Source: Actinomycetota bacterium (GTDB taxonomy: Bacteria; Actinomycetota; UBA4738; HRBIN12). Taken from it: a stretch of 64,000 nt of DNA. Position 1 is the stretch's first letter. Each line of letters begins with the position of its first letter. The notes under the pieces were generated by a model. The model saw only the letters and a list, made by a program, of their open reading frames with translations, searched no databases and had not been told where the DNA came from. Shown here piece by piece: positions 28,282-35,691 of the stretch. A program made the translations under genes and the position numbers. The stretch lies in assembly GCA_036281075.1 (NCBI GenBank), contig DASUPO010000105.1:23385-87384 (forward strand). The letters run 5' to 3'.

Positions 28282-28555
28282 GGGCGGACCGAAGGACCGG
28301 GGGCCCAAGCGCCGCCGCGAGAAGGACGACAAGGGCTGGCAGAAGCGCGGCAAGCGCAAGTTCTGCCAGTTCTGCAAGGACAAGGTCGACCGGGTCGACT
28401 ACAAGGACGTGATCACCCTGCGCAAGTTCGTGTCCGAGCGCGGCAAGATCAGGGCGCGGCGCGTGACCGGCAACTGCGTGCAGCACCAGCGCGACGTGGC
28501 GTCGGCCGTCAAGAGCGCCCGCGAGATGGCGCTGCTGCCGTATTCGAGCAGGTAG
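28271..28555 (+). CDS. rpsR: 30S ribosomal protein S18
   Basis: [45 protein letters not shown]. Overlaps the ssb 3' end by 11 nt. Confidence 0.92.
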   Translation: MPGRGGPKDRGPKRRREKDDKGWQKRGKRKFCQFCKDKVDRVDYKDVITLRKFVSERGKIRARRVTGNCVQHQRDVASAVKSAREMALLPYSSR

Positions 28556-28562
28556 GGCGATC

Positions 28563-29009
28563 GTGAAAGTCATCCTGCAGAGGTCGGTGGAGCGACTGGG
28601 CGATCCCGGCGACGTCGCCGACGTTGCCGACGGGTACGCCCGCAACTACCTGATCCCTCGCGGCTTGGCCGTGCGGGCGGAGAAGGGGATGGTTCGCCAC
28701 GCCGAGAGCCTGAAGCGGTCGCACGAGGCCCGCACCGAGGCGCGCAAGGGCGAGCTCGAGGCCCTCGCCGGTCGCCTGAGCCAGTCGCCGGTCCTCGTGA
28801 CGGCGCGGGCCGGGGACGAGGGGCGTCTGTTCGGATCGGTGACGGCCGCGGACGTGGCCGAGGCCCTCTCGGCCCAGGTCGGCGTCCAGGTCGACCGCAA
28901 GGACGTGCATCTCGAGGAACCGATCCGGTCGGTCGGGACCCACGAGGTGCGGGTCCACCTCCATCCGGAGGTGGATCCCGTGGTCACGGTGGAGGTCCAG
29001 GCCCAGTAG
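28563..29009 (+). CDS. rplI: 50S ribosomal protein L9
   Basis: MKVILQRSVERLGDPGDVADVADGYARNYLIPRGLA. GTG start. Confidence 0.93.
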   Translation: MKVILQRSVERLGDPGDVADVADGYARNYLIPRGLAVRAEKGMVRHAESLKRSHEARTEARKGELEALAGRLSQSPVLVTARAGDEGRLFGSVTAADVAEALSAQVGVQVDRKDVHLEEPIRSVGTHEVRVHLHPEVDPVVTVEVQAQ

Positions 29010-29014
29010 CGGTC

Positions 29015-29049
29015 GGTCCGTGTGGCTTGCGGGGCAGGCCACACGGACC
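29015..29049 (+). terminator. Perfect 12-bp GC-rich hairpin 6 nt after the rplI stop
   Basis: GGTCCGTGTGGC-(11-nt loop)-GCCACACGGACC, followed by CTCCCTCTC. There is no strong U-tract, so it could be a terminator or a processing/stability hairpin. Confidence 0.55.
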
Positions 29050-29143
29050 CTCCCTCTCACCGCCCTGCGAACGCGCGTTCGCTCGCTGTCTCAGGAGCCC
29101 TCCATCGCAGGGCATCCGAGCGTGTCCCTGGAGATACGCACAC

Positions 29144-29247
29144 TCTTCCACATGTTGTCCACCGTGCGAAGCCGCAGGTCGCGGACGGAGTGACAGGAAA
29201 CATCCAGATGCGACCTGCGCGGGAGCAATCCACATCCGTTCTCCACT
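29144..29247 (+). promoter_or_regulatory. Cluster of four same-orientation DnaA-box-like 9-mers upstream of dnaB
   Basis: TCTTCCACA (29144-29152), TTGTCCACC (29155-29163), CAATCCACA (29226-29234) and TTCTCCACT (29239-29247), compared with the actinobacterial consensus TTGTCCACA. The cluster lies in the least GC-rich stretch of the window. Confidence 0.45.
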
Positions 29248-29317
29248 ATGCGTCCGCCACGACCCGGCGTAGCGTCGCCGGTTCGGAGACCGGGACACGA
29301 GACAGGGGGTAAGCGGG

Positions 29318-30688
29318 ATCGTCCGCACGGCCGACGACGTCGTCCGCCTTCCACGGAACGGGGACCACCGCATCCCGCCTCACAACGTCGAGGCGGAGGC
29401 GGCCGCCCTCGGATCGATGATGCTGTCGGCCGAGGCCATCGCCGACGTCGTCGAGCTCCTGCAGGCCGAGGACTTCTACCGATCGGTGAACGGTCGGATC
29501 TTCGAGGTGCTCCGCGAGCTCTACGCGCGCGGGGAGCCCGTCGATCAGCTGTCCGCCGTGGAGGCCCTCCGGCGGAAGGGACGACTCGACGAGGTCGGCG
29601 GCCCTCTGTACATCCGGGACCTCGCCGACCAGGTCCCCACCCCGGCCTCCGCCGCGCACTACGCGCGGATCGTCGCGCAGGCCGCCCTGCTCAGGAGACT
29701 GATCGGGGCGGCCGCCGACGTCATGGACATGGCCTACGCGGCACCCGAGGATCCCGAGGCCGTCGCCGACGCGGCGGAGCAGCGGATCTACGACGTGGCC
29801 CGTCGGGACGATCGTGACGAGATCGCGACGCTCCGGGAGCTGATCGACGGCGCGATGGTGGAGCTCGAGCAGATCCAACACCGCGAGGCGGCCTACACGG
29901 GGCTCCCCACCGGCTTCCGCGACCTCGACGAGCTGACGTCCGGCCTCCAGCCAGGCAACCTCGTGATCGTGGCCGCCCGACCCGGGATCGGCAAGTCCTC
30001 GCTCGCGATCAACATCGCGCACAACGTCGCCGTGGAGGGCGGGTCGGTGGCGGTGTTCTCGCTCGAGATGTCGCGGCACGAGGTCGGGATGCGGATGCTC
30101 TGCTCGGCTGCCCGTGTCCCGTGGGACCGGATCCGCGCCAAGAGGGTCGGCCCCGACGATTGGGTCCGGGTCGTCCAAGCCGCCGAGCGCCTCCACGACG
30201 CGCCTCTGTCGATCGTGGACTCCGGCAACGTCAACATCGTCGACGTCCGCGCGAAAGCCCGGCGGATGAAGAGCAGCCGACAAGGCCTCGCGCTCATCAT
30301 CGTCGACTATCTCCAGCTGATGACGTCGGCCGCGGTCCGGCGTCCGGACAACCGCCAGCAGGAGGTCGCCGAGATCAGTCGGTCGCTCAAGCTGCTGGCC
30401 AAGGAGCTGCACATCCCCGTGCTCGCGCTCTCGCAGCTGAACCGCAACCCGGAGACGCGCGCCGACAAGCGCCCCCAGCTGTCGGATCTCCGCGAGAGCG
30501 GTTCGCTCGAGCAGGACTCCGACGTCGTCGCGTTCATCCATCGGGACGACTCCGACCCAGAGAAGAAGAGGGAGGCGGAGCTGATCCTCGCGAAGCACCG
30601 CAACGGCCCCACCGGCTCGATCAAGCTGAGCTTCGAGCCGTCCCTCACGCAGTTCCGCAACGCGACCCGCGGCGACGCCCCGGCGTGA
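29318..30688 (+). CDS. dnaB: Replicative DNA helicase DnaB (no intein); 5' end uncertain, first canonical start is ATG 29417
   Basis: Walker A GIGKSS, EMS, RVPWDRIR, DYLQLM, LSQLNR, LRESGSLEQDSD and KHRNGPTG. The conserved N-terminal IPPHNVEAEAAALGSMML is encoded in frame upstream of ATG 29417, where no ATG, GTG, TTG or CTG exists. ATC 29318 has AGGGGG 8 nt upstream. Confidence 0.85.
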   Translation: MVRTADDVVRLPRNGDHRIPPHNVEAEAAALGSMMLSAEAIADVVELLQAEDFYRSVNGRIFEVLRELYARGEPVDQLSAVEALRRKGRLDEVGGPLYIRDLADQVPTPASAAHYARIVAQAALLRRLIGAAADVMDMAYAAPEDPEAVADAAEQRIYDVARRDDRDEIATLRELIDGAMVELEQIQHREAAYTGLPTGFRDLDELTSGLQPGNLVIVAARPGIGKSSLAINIAHNVAVEGGSVAVFSLEMSRHEVGMRMLCSAARVPWDRIRAKRVGPDDWVRVVQAAERLHDAPLSIVDSGNVNIVDVRAKARRMKSSRQGLALIIVDYLQLMTSAAVRRPDNRQQEVAEISRSLKLLAKELHIPVLALSQLNRNPETRADKRPQLSDLRESGSLEQDSDVVAFIHRDDSDPEKKREAELILAKHRNGPTGSIKLSFEPSLTQFRNATRGDAPA

Positions 30689-31407
30689 CCGAGCCGGCCC
30701 GGCCGGCGGCGCTCAGGCGCCACGCCCGCACCGTGCTCGCGCGGCTCCGCAAGCGGTTCGGCGATCTGCTGCCTCCGCGCCGCTCCGATCCGCTCGAGGG
30801 GCTGATCCTGACCGTGCTGTCCCAGCACACGAGCGACGTGAACGCGGAGCGCTCGTTCCGAGCGCTCCGCGAGGCGTTCCCGACGTGGGACGCGGTGGTC
30901 GCGGCGCCCGCCCGGGCGGTCGCGGACGCGATCCGCTCGGGGGGACTGGCCGAGACGAAAGCCCCCAGGATCCAGGCGATCCTCGGGGAGATCCACGAAC
31001 GCGGAGGCCGTTACGACCTCTCGTACCTGCGCGACCTGGGGGACGACGATGCGCGATCGGAGCTGCTGTCACTGCCGGGCGTGGGACCGAAGACGGCGGC
31101 CGTCGTGCTGTCGTTCTCCCTCGATCGCGACGCGATGCCGGTGGACACCCACGTGCACCGCGTCACGAGGCGGCTCGGCTGGCTGCCGCCGAAGGCGTCG
31201 GCGGAGAGGGCCGATCGCCTGCTCCACGAGCTGATCCCGGAGGGGATGCGAACGGAGCTCCACGTGGCGCTGATCCGCCTCGGGCGAGAGATCTGCAAGG
31301 CGCCCACGCCACGCTGCCACGTGTGCCCGCTGAAGGACATCTGCCCGACCGCGCCGCGCTATCTCGGTGAGAGGCCGGTGTCGAGCCGTACGCTTCGCGG
31401 GAAGTGA
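30685..31407 (+). CDS. nth: Endonuclease III (HhH-GPD base-excision glycosylase with 4Fe-4S cluster)
   Basis: LILTVLSQHTSD, HhH LPGVGPKTAAVVL, VDTHVHRV and C-x6-C-x2-C-x5-C (CKAPTPRCHVCPLKDIC). GTGA overlap with dnaB. Confidence 0.85.
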   Translation: MTEPARPAALRRHARTVLARLRKRFGDLLPPRRSDPLEGLILTVLSQHTSDVNAERSFRALREAFPTWDAVVAAPARAVADAIRSGGLAETKAPRIQAILGEIHERGGRYDLSYLRDLGDDDARSELLSLPGVGPKTAAVVLSFSLDRDAMPVDTHVHRVTRRLGWLPPKASAERADRLLHELIPEGMRTELHVALIRLGREICKAPTPRCHVCPLKDICPTAPRYLGERPVSSRTLRGK

Positions 31408-32189
31408 CCGGGAGCTTCAACTTCGAGATCGTCGACGCCGTTGACTACGAGGAGCTGCGGCCGGGCTATGCGCCCGAGGCGGTGGCATGGGTCGTGGAGC
31501 AAGGTCGCCTCCGACGGGAGTCGGTGGTGCTTGACCTGGCCGCCGGTACCGGTCAGCTGTCGAGGCAACTCACGGGGCTGGATCTCGAAGTTGTTGCCGT
31601 GGAGCCCGCGTCCAACATGCGCGCGATCCTCGAGGATCGGGTCCCGTCGGTTCGCGCGGTGGATGTGGCCGCGGAGGCGCTTCCCTTCGAGAGCGGTTCC
31701 GTCGATGGAGTCGTCGTCGGTAACGCGTTCCACCACTTCGACCGCGATGCGGCGTTCGCCGAGCTCCGACGGGTCCTCCGTCCGCGTGGTGTCCTGGCTC
31801 TGTTCTGGGCGTGGCCCCTCGAGGAGGAGCAGCGATCGATCCCCGGGATCGAGGAGATCTACGAGGTCGTCGAGCGGGCTCGGGAAGCGTCCGAGATCAT
31901 CGCCGCGTATCGGTCCTGGTCCGAACCACCAGATGTCGAGGAGGGATTCGAGCCGTTCACGCGTCGCGAGTTCCCGCACCTCCATGTCCTTCCGTCCGCG
32001 CGACTCGCGGCCCTGTACGCGACATCGAGCGACGTTGCTTCCCTTCCCGAGGGGGTGCGGAACACCCTGCTCGAACGGATCCGGGACATCGCACGGCACC
32101 TCCCTGAGACGCTCGAGCTCCCGTCCAGGACGGTGGTCGACGTGACACGAAAGGCACGCTTGGGGTCCTGCGGCGATCGATCGATCTGA
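31404..32189 (+). CDS. Class I SAM-dependent methyltransferase
   Basis: VLDLAAGTGQLS (motif I) and VDGVVVGNAFHHF. GTGA overlap with nth. Confidence 0.75.
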   Translation: MTGSFNFEIVDAVDYEELRPGYAPEAVAWVVEQGRLRRESVVLDLAAGTGQLSRQLTGLDLEVVAVEPASNMRAILEDRVPSVRAVDVAAEALPFESGSVDGVVVGNAFHHFDRDAAFAELRRVLRPRGVLALFWAWPLEEEQRSIPGIEEIYEVVERAREASEIIAAYRSWSEPPDVEEGFEPFTRREFPHLHVLPSARLAALYATSSDVASLPEGVRNTLLERIRDIARHLPETLELPSRTVVDVTRKARLGSCGDRSI

Positions 32190-32190
32190 G

Positions 32191-32261
32191 AGCGGGTGAG
32201 GGGAATCGAACCCCCGTTTCGAGCTTGGGAAGCTCGCGTTCTGCCATTGAACCACACCCGC
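32191..32261 (-). tRNA. tRNA-Gly (anticodon CCC)
   Basis: The reverse complement GCGGGTGTGGTTCAATGGCAGAACGCGAGCTTCCCAAGCTCGAAACGGGGGTTCGATTCCCCTCACCCGCT folds by hand as a cloverleaf. Acceptor 7 bp, D stem GTTC/GAAC, anticodon stem CGAGC/GCTCG, loop TTCCCAA, T loop TTCGATT. No CCA is encoded. Confidence 0.9.
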
Positions 32262-32328
32262 GCGGACGCCCAGTCTAGACGAGGTCCGGCAGGCGCCACC
32301 CGGTTCCCAGCGTGCGCCACCCACCTGC

Positions 32329-32334
32329 TACCGT
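32329..32334 (+). promoter_or_regulatory. Candidate -10 box (TACCGT) 9 nt before the trpD ATG
   Basis: TANNNT hexamer with no SD between it and ATG 32344. Confidence 0.25.
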
Positions 32335-32343
32335 GCGCCTCCC

Positions 32344-33378
32344 ATGGGGGAGCCCGACCCGGATCTCTGGCCCCGCACCCTCCAGCGACTCGTCGCCCAC
32401 GAGGCGCTCAGCGCGGACGAGGCCGCCGCGGCGATGCGCGCGATCATGTCCGGAGACGTCACCCCCGGGCAGGTCGGCGGGTTCCTGATGGCGCTTCGCA
32501 CCAAGGGCGAGACCGTCGACGAGCTCGACGGGCTCGCCCGGACCGCGCTGGAGTTCGCGAACCCCGTGACTCCGCCCGCGCCCGTCCTCGACACGTGCGG
32601 TACGGGGGGCGATCGGGCCGGCACGATCAACGTCTCGACGATCGCGGCGATCGTCGTGGCCGGCGCCGGTGCCCCGGTGGCGAAGCACGGGAACCGCGCC
32701 GCGTCGAGCCGCTGTGGCTCGGCCGACCTCCTCGAGGCTCTCGGCGTGCGGATCGATCTGGACGCGGCCGGGGTCGAGCGATGCCTGGCGGCGGTCGGGA
32801 TCGGGTTCATGTTCGCGCCCGTCTTCCACCCGGCGTTCGGTCACGCCGGCCCGGTCCGTCGCGAGCTGCGCGTGCCGACCACGCTCAACTTCCTGGGGCC
32901 TCTCACGAACCCGGCGCACCCCGCGACGCAGGTGGTCGGCGTCTCCGACGAGCGGATGCTGCCATTGATGGCCGAGGTGCTCGCCCGTCGCGGGACGCGC
33001 GCGGCGCTCTTCCGCGGCGAGGACGGCCTGGACGAGCTCACGACGAACGGCGCGTCGGTGGTCTTGGACGTCCGGGACGGCGAGGTTCGAGAGTCCCGGC
33101 TCGATCCCACGACGCTCGGGCTGGCACGGGCGACGGCGGACGAGCTGCGCGGTGGGGACGCGGGCGAGGCCGCGCGCGTCGCCCGGGAGATCCTCGAAGG
33201 CGCCGCCGGCCCGAAGCGGGACGTGGTCGTGCTGAACGCCGGGGCCGCGCTCGAGGTCGCCGGCGTCACCGACGACCTCGAAGACGGCCTCGGGCTCGCG
33301 GCCGCCTCGATCGACGAGGGGAGGGCGGCTGGCACGCTCGAGCGATGGATCGCGGTCTCGAACGATGAGCTCGCGTGA
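32344..33378 (+). CDS. trpD: Anthranilate phosphoribosyltransferase
   Basis: DTCGTGGD, NVSTIAAIVVAGAG, KHGNRAASS and GSADLLEALG. Confidence 0.93.
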   Translation: MGEPDPDLWPRTLQRLVAHEALSADEAAAAMRAIMSGDVTPGQVGGFLMALRTKGETVDELDGLARTALEFANPVTPPAPVLDTCGTGGDRAGTINVSTIAAIVVAGAGAPVAKHGNRAASSRCGSADLLEALGVRIDLDAAGVERCLAAVGIGFMFAPVFHPAFGHAGPVRRELRVPTTLNFLGPLTNPAHPATQVVGVSDERMLPLMAEVLARRGTRAALFRGEDGLDELTTNGASVVLDVRDGEVRESRLDPTTLGLARATADELRGGDAGEAARVAREILEGAAGPKRDVVVLNAGAALEVAGVTDDLEDGLGLAAASIDEGRAAGTLERWIAVSNDELA

Positions 33379-33415
33379 AGCGCGACCCCGCTCAGGGTCG
33401 GTCGACGACCTCCGG

Positions 33416-33421
33416 TAGCAT
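33416..33421 (+). promoter_or_regulatory. Candidate -10 box (TAGCAT) 6 nt before the dcd ATG (leaderless geometry)
   Basis: TAGCAT-N6-ATG with no SD. Confidence 0.35.
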
Positions 33422-33427
33422 CGAGCG

Positions 33428-34000
33428 ATGATCCTGTCCGACCGCACGATCCGGGAGGAGGTCGATGCCGGTCGCATCGTGATCGACCCGTTCGATCCGG
33501 CGTGCGTCCAGCCGTCCTCCGTGGACCTGCACGTGGACGCCGAGTTCCGCGTCTTCGCGAACTCGCGCTACCCCTACATCGACGTGAAGCAGGAGCAGCC
33601 GGACCTCACGGAACTGGTCGAGACGAAGCCGGACGAGGCGTTCATCCTGCATCCGGGCGAGTTCGTGCTCGGCTCGACGCAGGAGCGGGTCGCACTGCCC
33701 GATGACCTCGTGGCGCGGCTCGAGGGCAAGTCGTCGCTCGGCCGGCTCGGGCTCCTGATCCACTCGACGGCCGGGTACGTGGATCCGGGCTGGGACGGCT
33801 ACCTGACGCTCGAGCTCTCGAACGTCGCCAACCTGCCGATCACGCTCTACCCCGGGATGAAGATCGGCCAGATCTCCTTCTTCCGGCTCACGACGGCCGC
33901 CGACACCCCGTACGGACGGGCCGGCAACAAGTACCAGGGCCAGCGTGGTCCGACGGCCAGTCGCTTCTTCGAGGATTTCCGGACCGAGCCCCGGCCCTAG
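33428..34000 (+). CDS. dcd: dCTP deaminase
   Basis: [49 protein letters not shown]. Confidence 0.93.
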   Translation: MILSDRTIREEVDAGRIVIDPFDPACVQPSSVDLHVDAEFRVFANSRYPYIDVKQEQPDLTELVETKPDEAFILHPGEFVLGSTQERVALPDDLVARLEGKSSLGRLGLLIHSTAGYVDPGWDGYLTLELSNVANLPITLYPGMKIGQISFFRLTTAADTPYGRAGNKYQGQRGPTASRFFEDFRTEPRP

Positions 34001-34677
34001 TCCGCGACGAGCGCCCCCGGGATCGGCCCCACGCCCATCTGCACCGCCATCATCGCGGCCTGCGTCCGGTTCGTGACGCCGAGCTTGCGGAAGATCGCGG
34101 CGAGATGGGCCTTCACCGTCTTCTCCGAGAGGTACAGCCGCTGCGCGATGTCGCGGTTCGCGCGGCCCTCGGCCAGGAGCGTCAGGATGTCGTGCTCCCG
34201 CTGGGTCAGGTTGTACTCGCCTCGGCGTCCGTTCCCTGGTCCGTGGTCCTTGCCCGATGCTTCGTGCTCCTCGAACAGGTTCTGGATCACCCGCGGGGAC
34301 AGGACGTTGCCGCTGCCCGACATCGCGACGTTGATCGCCTGGGACAGGTCCTCCGGCGTCGCGTCCTTCAGCAGGTAGCCGGCCGCGCCGTCCGCGAGCG
34401 CGCGCTTCACGTACGGCGCGTTGTCGTACGTGGAGAGCATGATCACGGGCATGTCGGGACTGTCCGCCTTCAGCGTGCGCAGGAGCTCCAGACCGTCCAG
34501 GTCCGGCATCCGCACGTCCACGAGCGCCAGGTCGACGTCCGGGCTCGCCTGCACCTGCTCGAGCGCGGCCGCGGCGCTTTCCGCCTCGAGCACCTCTGCA
34601 TCCGGGAACCCTTCCTTCACGACGTAGTGCATGCCACGACGCACCAGCGCGTGGTCGTCAACGATCAGGATCTTCAT
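33997..34677 (-). CDS. NarL/LuxR-family response regulator
   Basis: [63 protein letters not shown]. Its stop overlaps the dcd stop convergently (CTAG). Confidence 0.92.
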   Translation of the reverse strand: MKILIVDDHALVRRGMHYVVKEGFPDAEVLEAESAAAALEQVQASPDVDLALVDVRMPDLDGLELLRTLKADSPDMPVIMLSTYDNAPYVKRALADGAAGYLLKDATPEDLSQAINVAMSGSGNVLSPRVIQNLFEEHEASGKDHGPGNGRRGEYNLTQREHDILTLLAEGRANRDIAQRLYLSEKTVKAHLAAIFRKLGVTNRTQAAMMAVQMGVGPIPGALVAD

Positions 34678-35369
34678 CCTTCATCACCTCGCCCTCCGAC
34701 GGGGAGCACGGCGACCACGCGGGTGCCGTTCCCGGGCTTCGATTCGATCTCGATGGTGCCGCCGATCCGTTCGGCTCGGTCCCGCATCAGGCGCAGACCG
34801 AAGTGGGGATCGTCGTCCACGGCGGCGCCGACGATGCCGACGCCACGGTCCTCGACCTCGATCCGGAGCTCGTCGACGCCGACGCGGATCCGGACGGACA
34901 CCTCGGGCGAGCCGGCGTGCTTCGCCGCGTTCGCGAGTGCCTCGGCCACGACCGCGTTCGCGGCCTCGAGGGTACGGTCCGAGATCCGATCCACCTCGCC
35001 CTCGATCGATACCCGCGCGGGCAGGTGCCACCGCTCCACCAGATCGTTCACGAAGCCGGCGAGCGGGCGCTCACGGTGCGGGGCCGTGCCTTCGTCGAGC
35101 TCGAAGAGGATCTTGCGGATCTGCTTCAGGTCACCGCGGATCGCGTCTTCGATCTCCTGCAGCGTGGCCATGACGGTCTCCGGTTCGGTCCGGAGCCGGT
35201 GTTGGAGACCGTGGAGCTCCAGGAGGGCGCTCGTGACGGACTGCGTGAGGCCGTCGTGGATGTGGATCGCCCACTTCGTGCGTTCCTGCAGCAGCAGCGC
35301 GTCCACCGTGTGCGCCACGGTCGGGTGCACGCTGCGCCGGTCGCGCAGGCTCGAGCTCGACGTTGCCAC
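34674..35369 (-). CDS. Soluble, sensor-less histidine kinase (HisKA_3 + HATPase_c only)
   Basis: 231 aa. H-box IHIHDGLTQSV, then NAAKHAG, DRGVGI and GLRLMRDRAE. No TM helix or input domain. ATGA overlap with the downstream regulator. Confidence 0.8.
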   Translation of the reverse strand: MATSSSSLRDRRSVHPTVAHTVDALLLQERTKWAIHIHDGLTQSVTSALLELHGLQHRLRTEPETVMATLQEIEDAIRGDLKQIRKILFELDEGTAPHRERPLAGFVNDLVERWHLPARVSIEGEVDRISDRTLEAANAVVAEALANAAKHAGSPEVSVRIRVGVDELRIEVEDRGVGIVGAAVDDDPHFGLRLMRDRAERIGGTIEIESKPGNGTRVVAVLPVGGRGDEG

Positions 35370-35448
35370 GCTCGTCCTTTCGACGGGTTCCGGTCCGGTC
35401 CGTTGGGTCTAGTCCATCCATCGGACGGAACGGTCGGCGCCTTGAATG

Positions 35449-35512
35449 TCTCCCGGGGGAGATCCCGCGCATGCGCGAGATCTCCCGGGGGAGATCCCGC
35501 GCATACCCGAGA
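35449..35512. repeat. Tandem 2 x 32-nt direct repeat with nested inverted repeats
   Basis: TCTCCCGGGGGAGATCCCGCGCATGCGCGAGA followed by TCTCCCGGGGGAGATCCCGCGCATACCCGAGA (30 of 32 identical). Each unit starts with the inverted repeat TCTCCC-GG-GGGAGA. Positions 35457-35486 form a near-perfect 30-nt palindrome centred on CATG (14 of 15 arm pairs). Confidence 0.85.
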
Positions 35513-35592
35513 CACCGACCCCGTCGTGGCGGCGGGCGGGGAGCGAGAGGAACGTTGCGGGCCAGCTGTTGTTCCCGGGGAGGCGCAAGAAA

Positions 35593-35623
35593 GTTGACAG
35601 CGAACCACTCAAGTTCTTATCCT
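35593..35623 (+). promoter_or_regulatory. Candidate dnaK promoter (TTGACA-N18-TATCCT) overlapped by a degenerate HAIR-like HspR site
   Basis: TTGACA at 35594-35599 and TATCCT at 35618-35623. gTTGAca-N7-ACTCAAG (35593-35613) compared with the HAIR consensus CTTGAGT-N7-ACTCAAG: the right half is perfect and the left half matches 4 of 7. hspR is encoded in the same operon. Confidence 0.5.
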
Positions 35624-35691
35624 GCTTCGAGTCGACGAGGCCGGCCCGGCCGACCTCACGTATCCACGACGGTCAAGGAGGACGCACACAG

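Noticed and set aside
32150-32343. tRNA-Gly as an integration hotspot or genomic-island border.
   Set aside because: No integrase, no direct repeat of the tRNA 3' end, and no compositional shift. The flanking genes (nth, methyltransferase, trpD) look like core genes.
35449-35512. Possible CRISPR array.
   Set aside because: There are only two directly abutting repeat copies with no spacers, and no cas genes in the window.
35607-35632. Second HAIR-like element ACTCAAG-N11-CTTCGAGT downstream of the dnaK -35 box.
   Set aside because: The half-sites are in the wrong (everted) order, the spacing is wrong, and the second half has an inserted C. It is probably coincidental with the first element.
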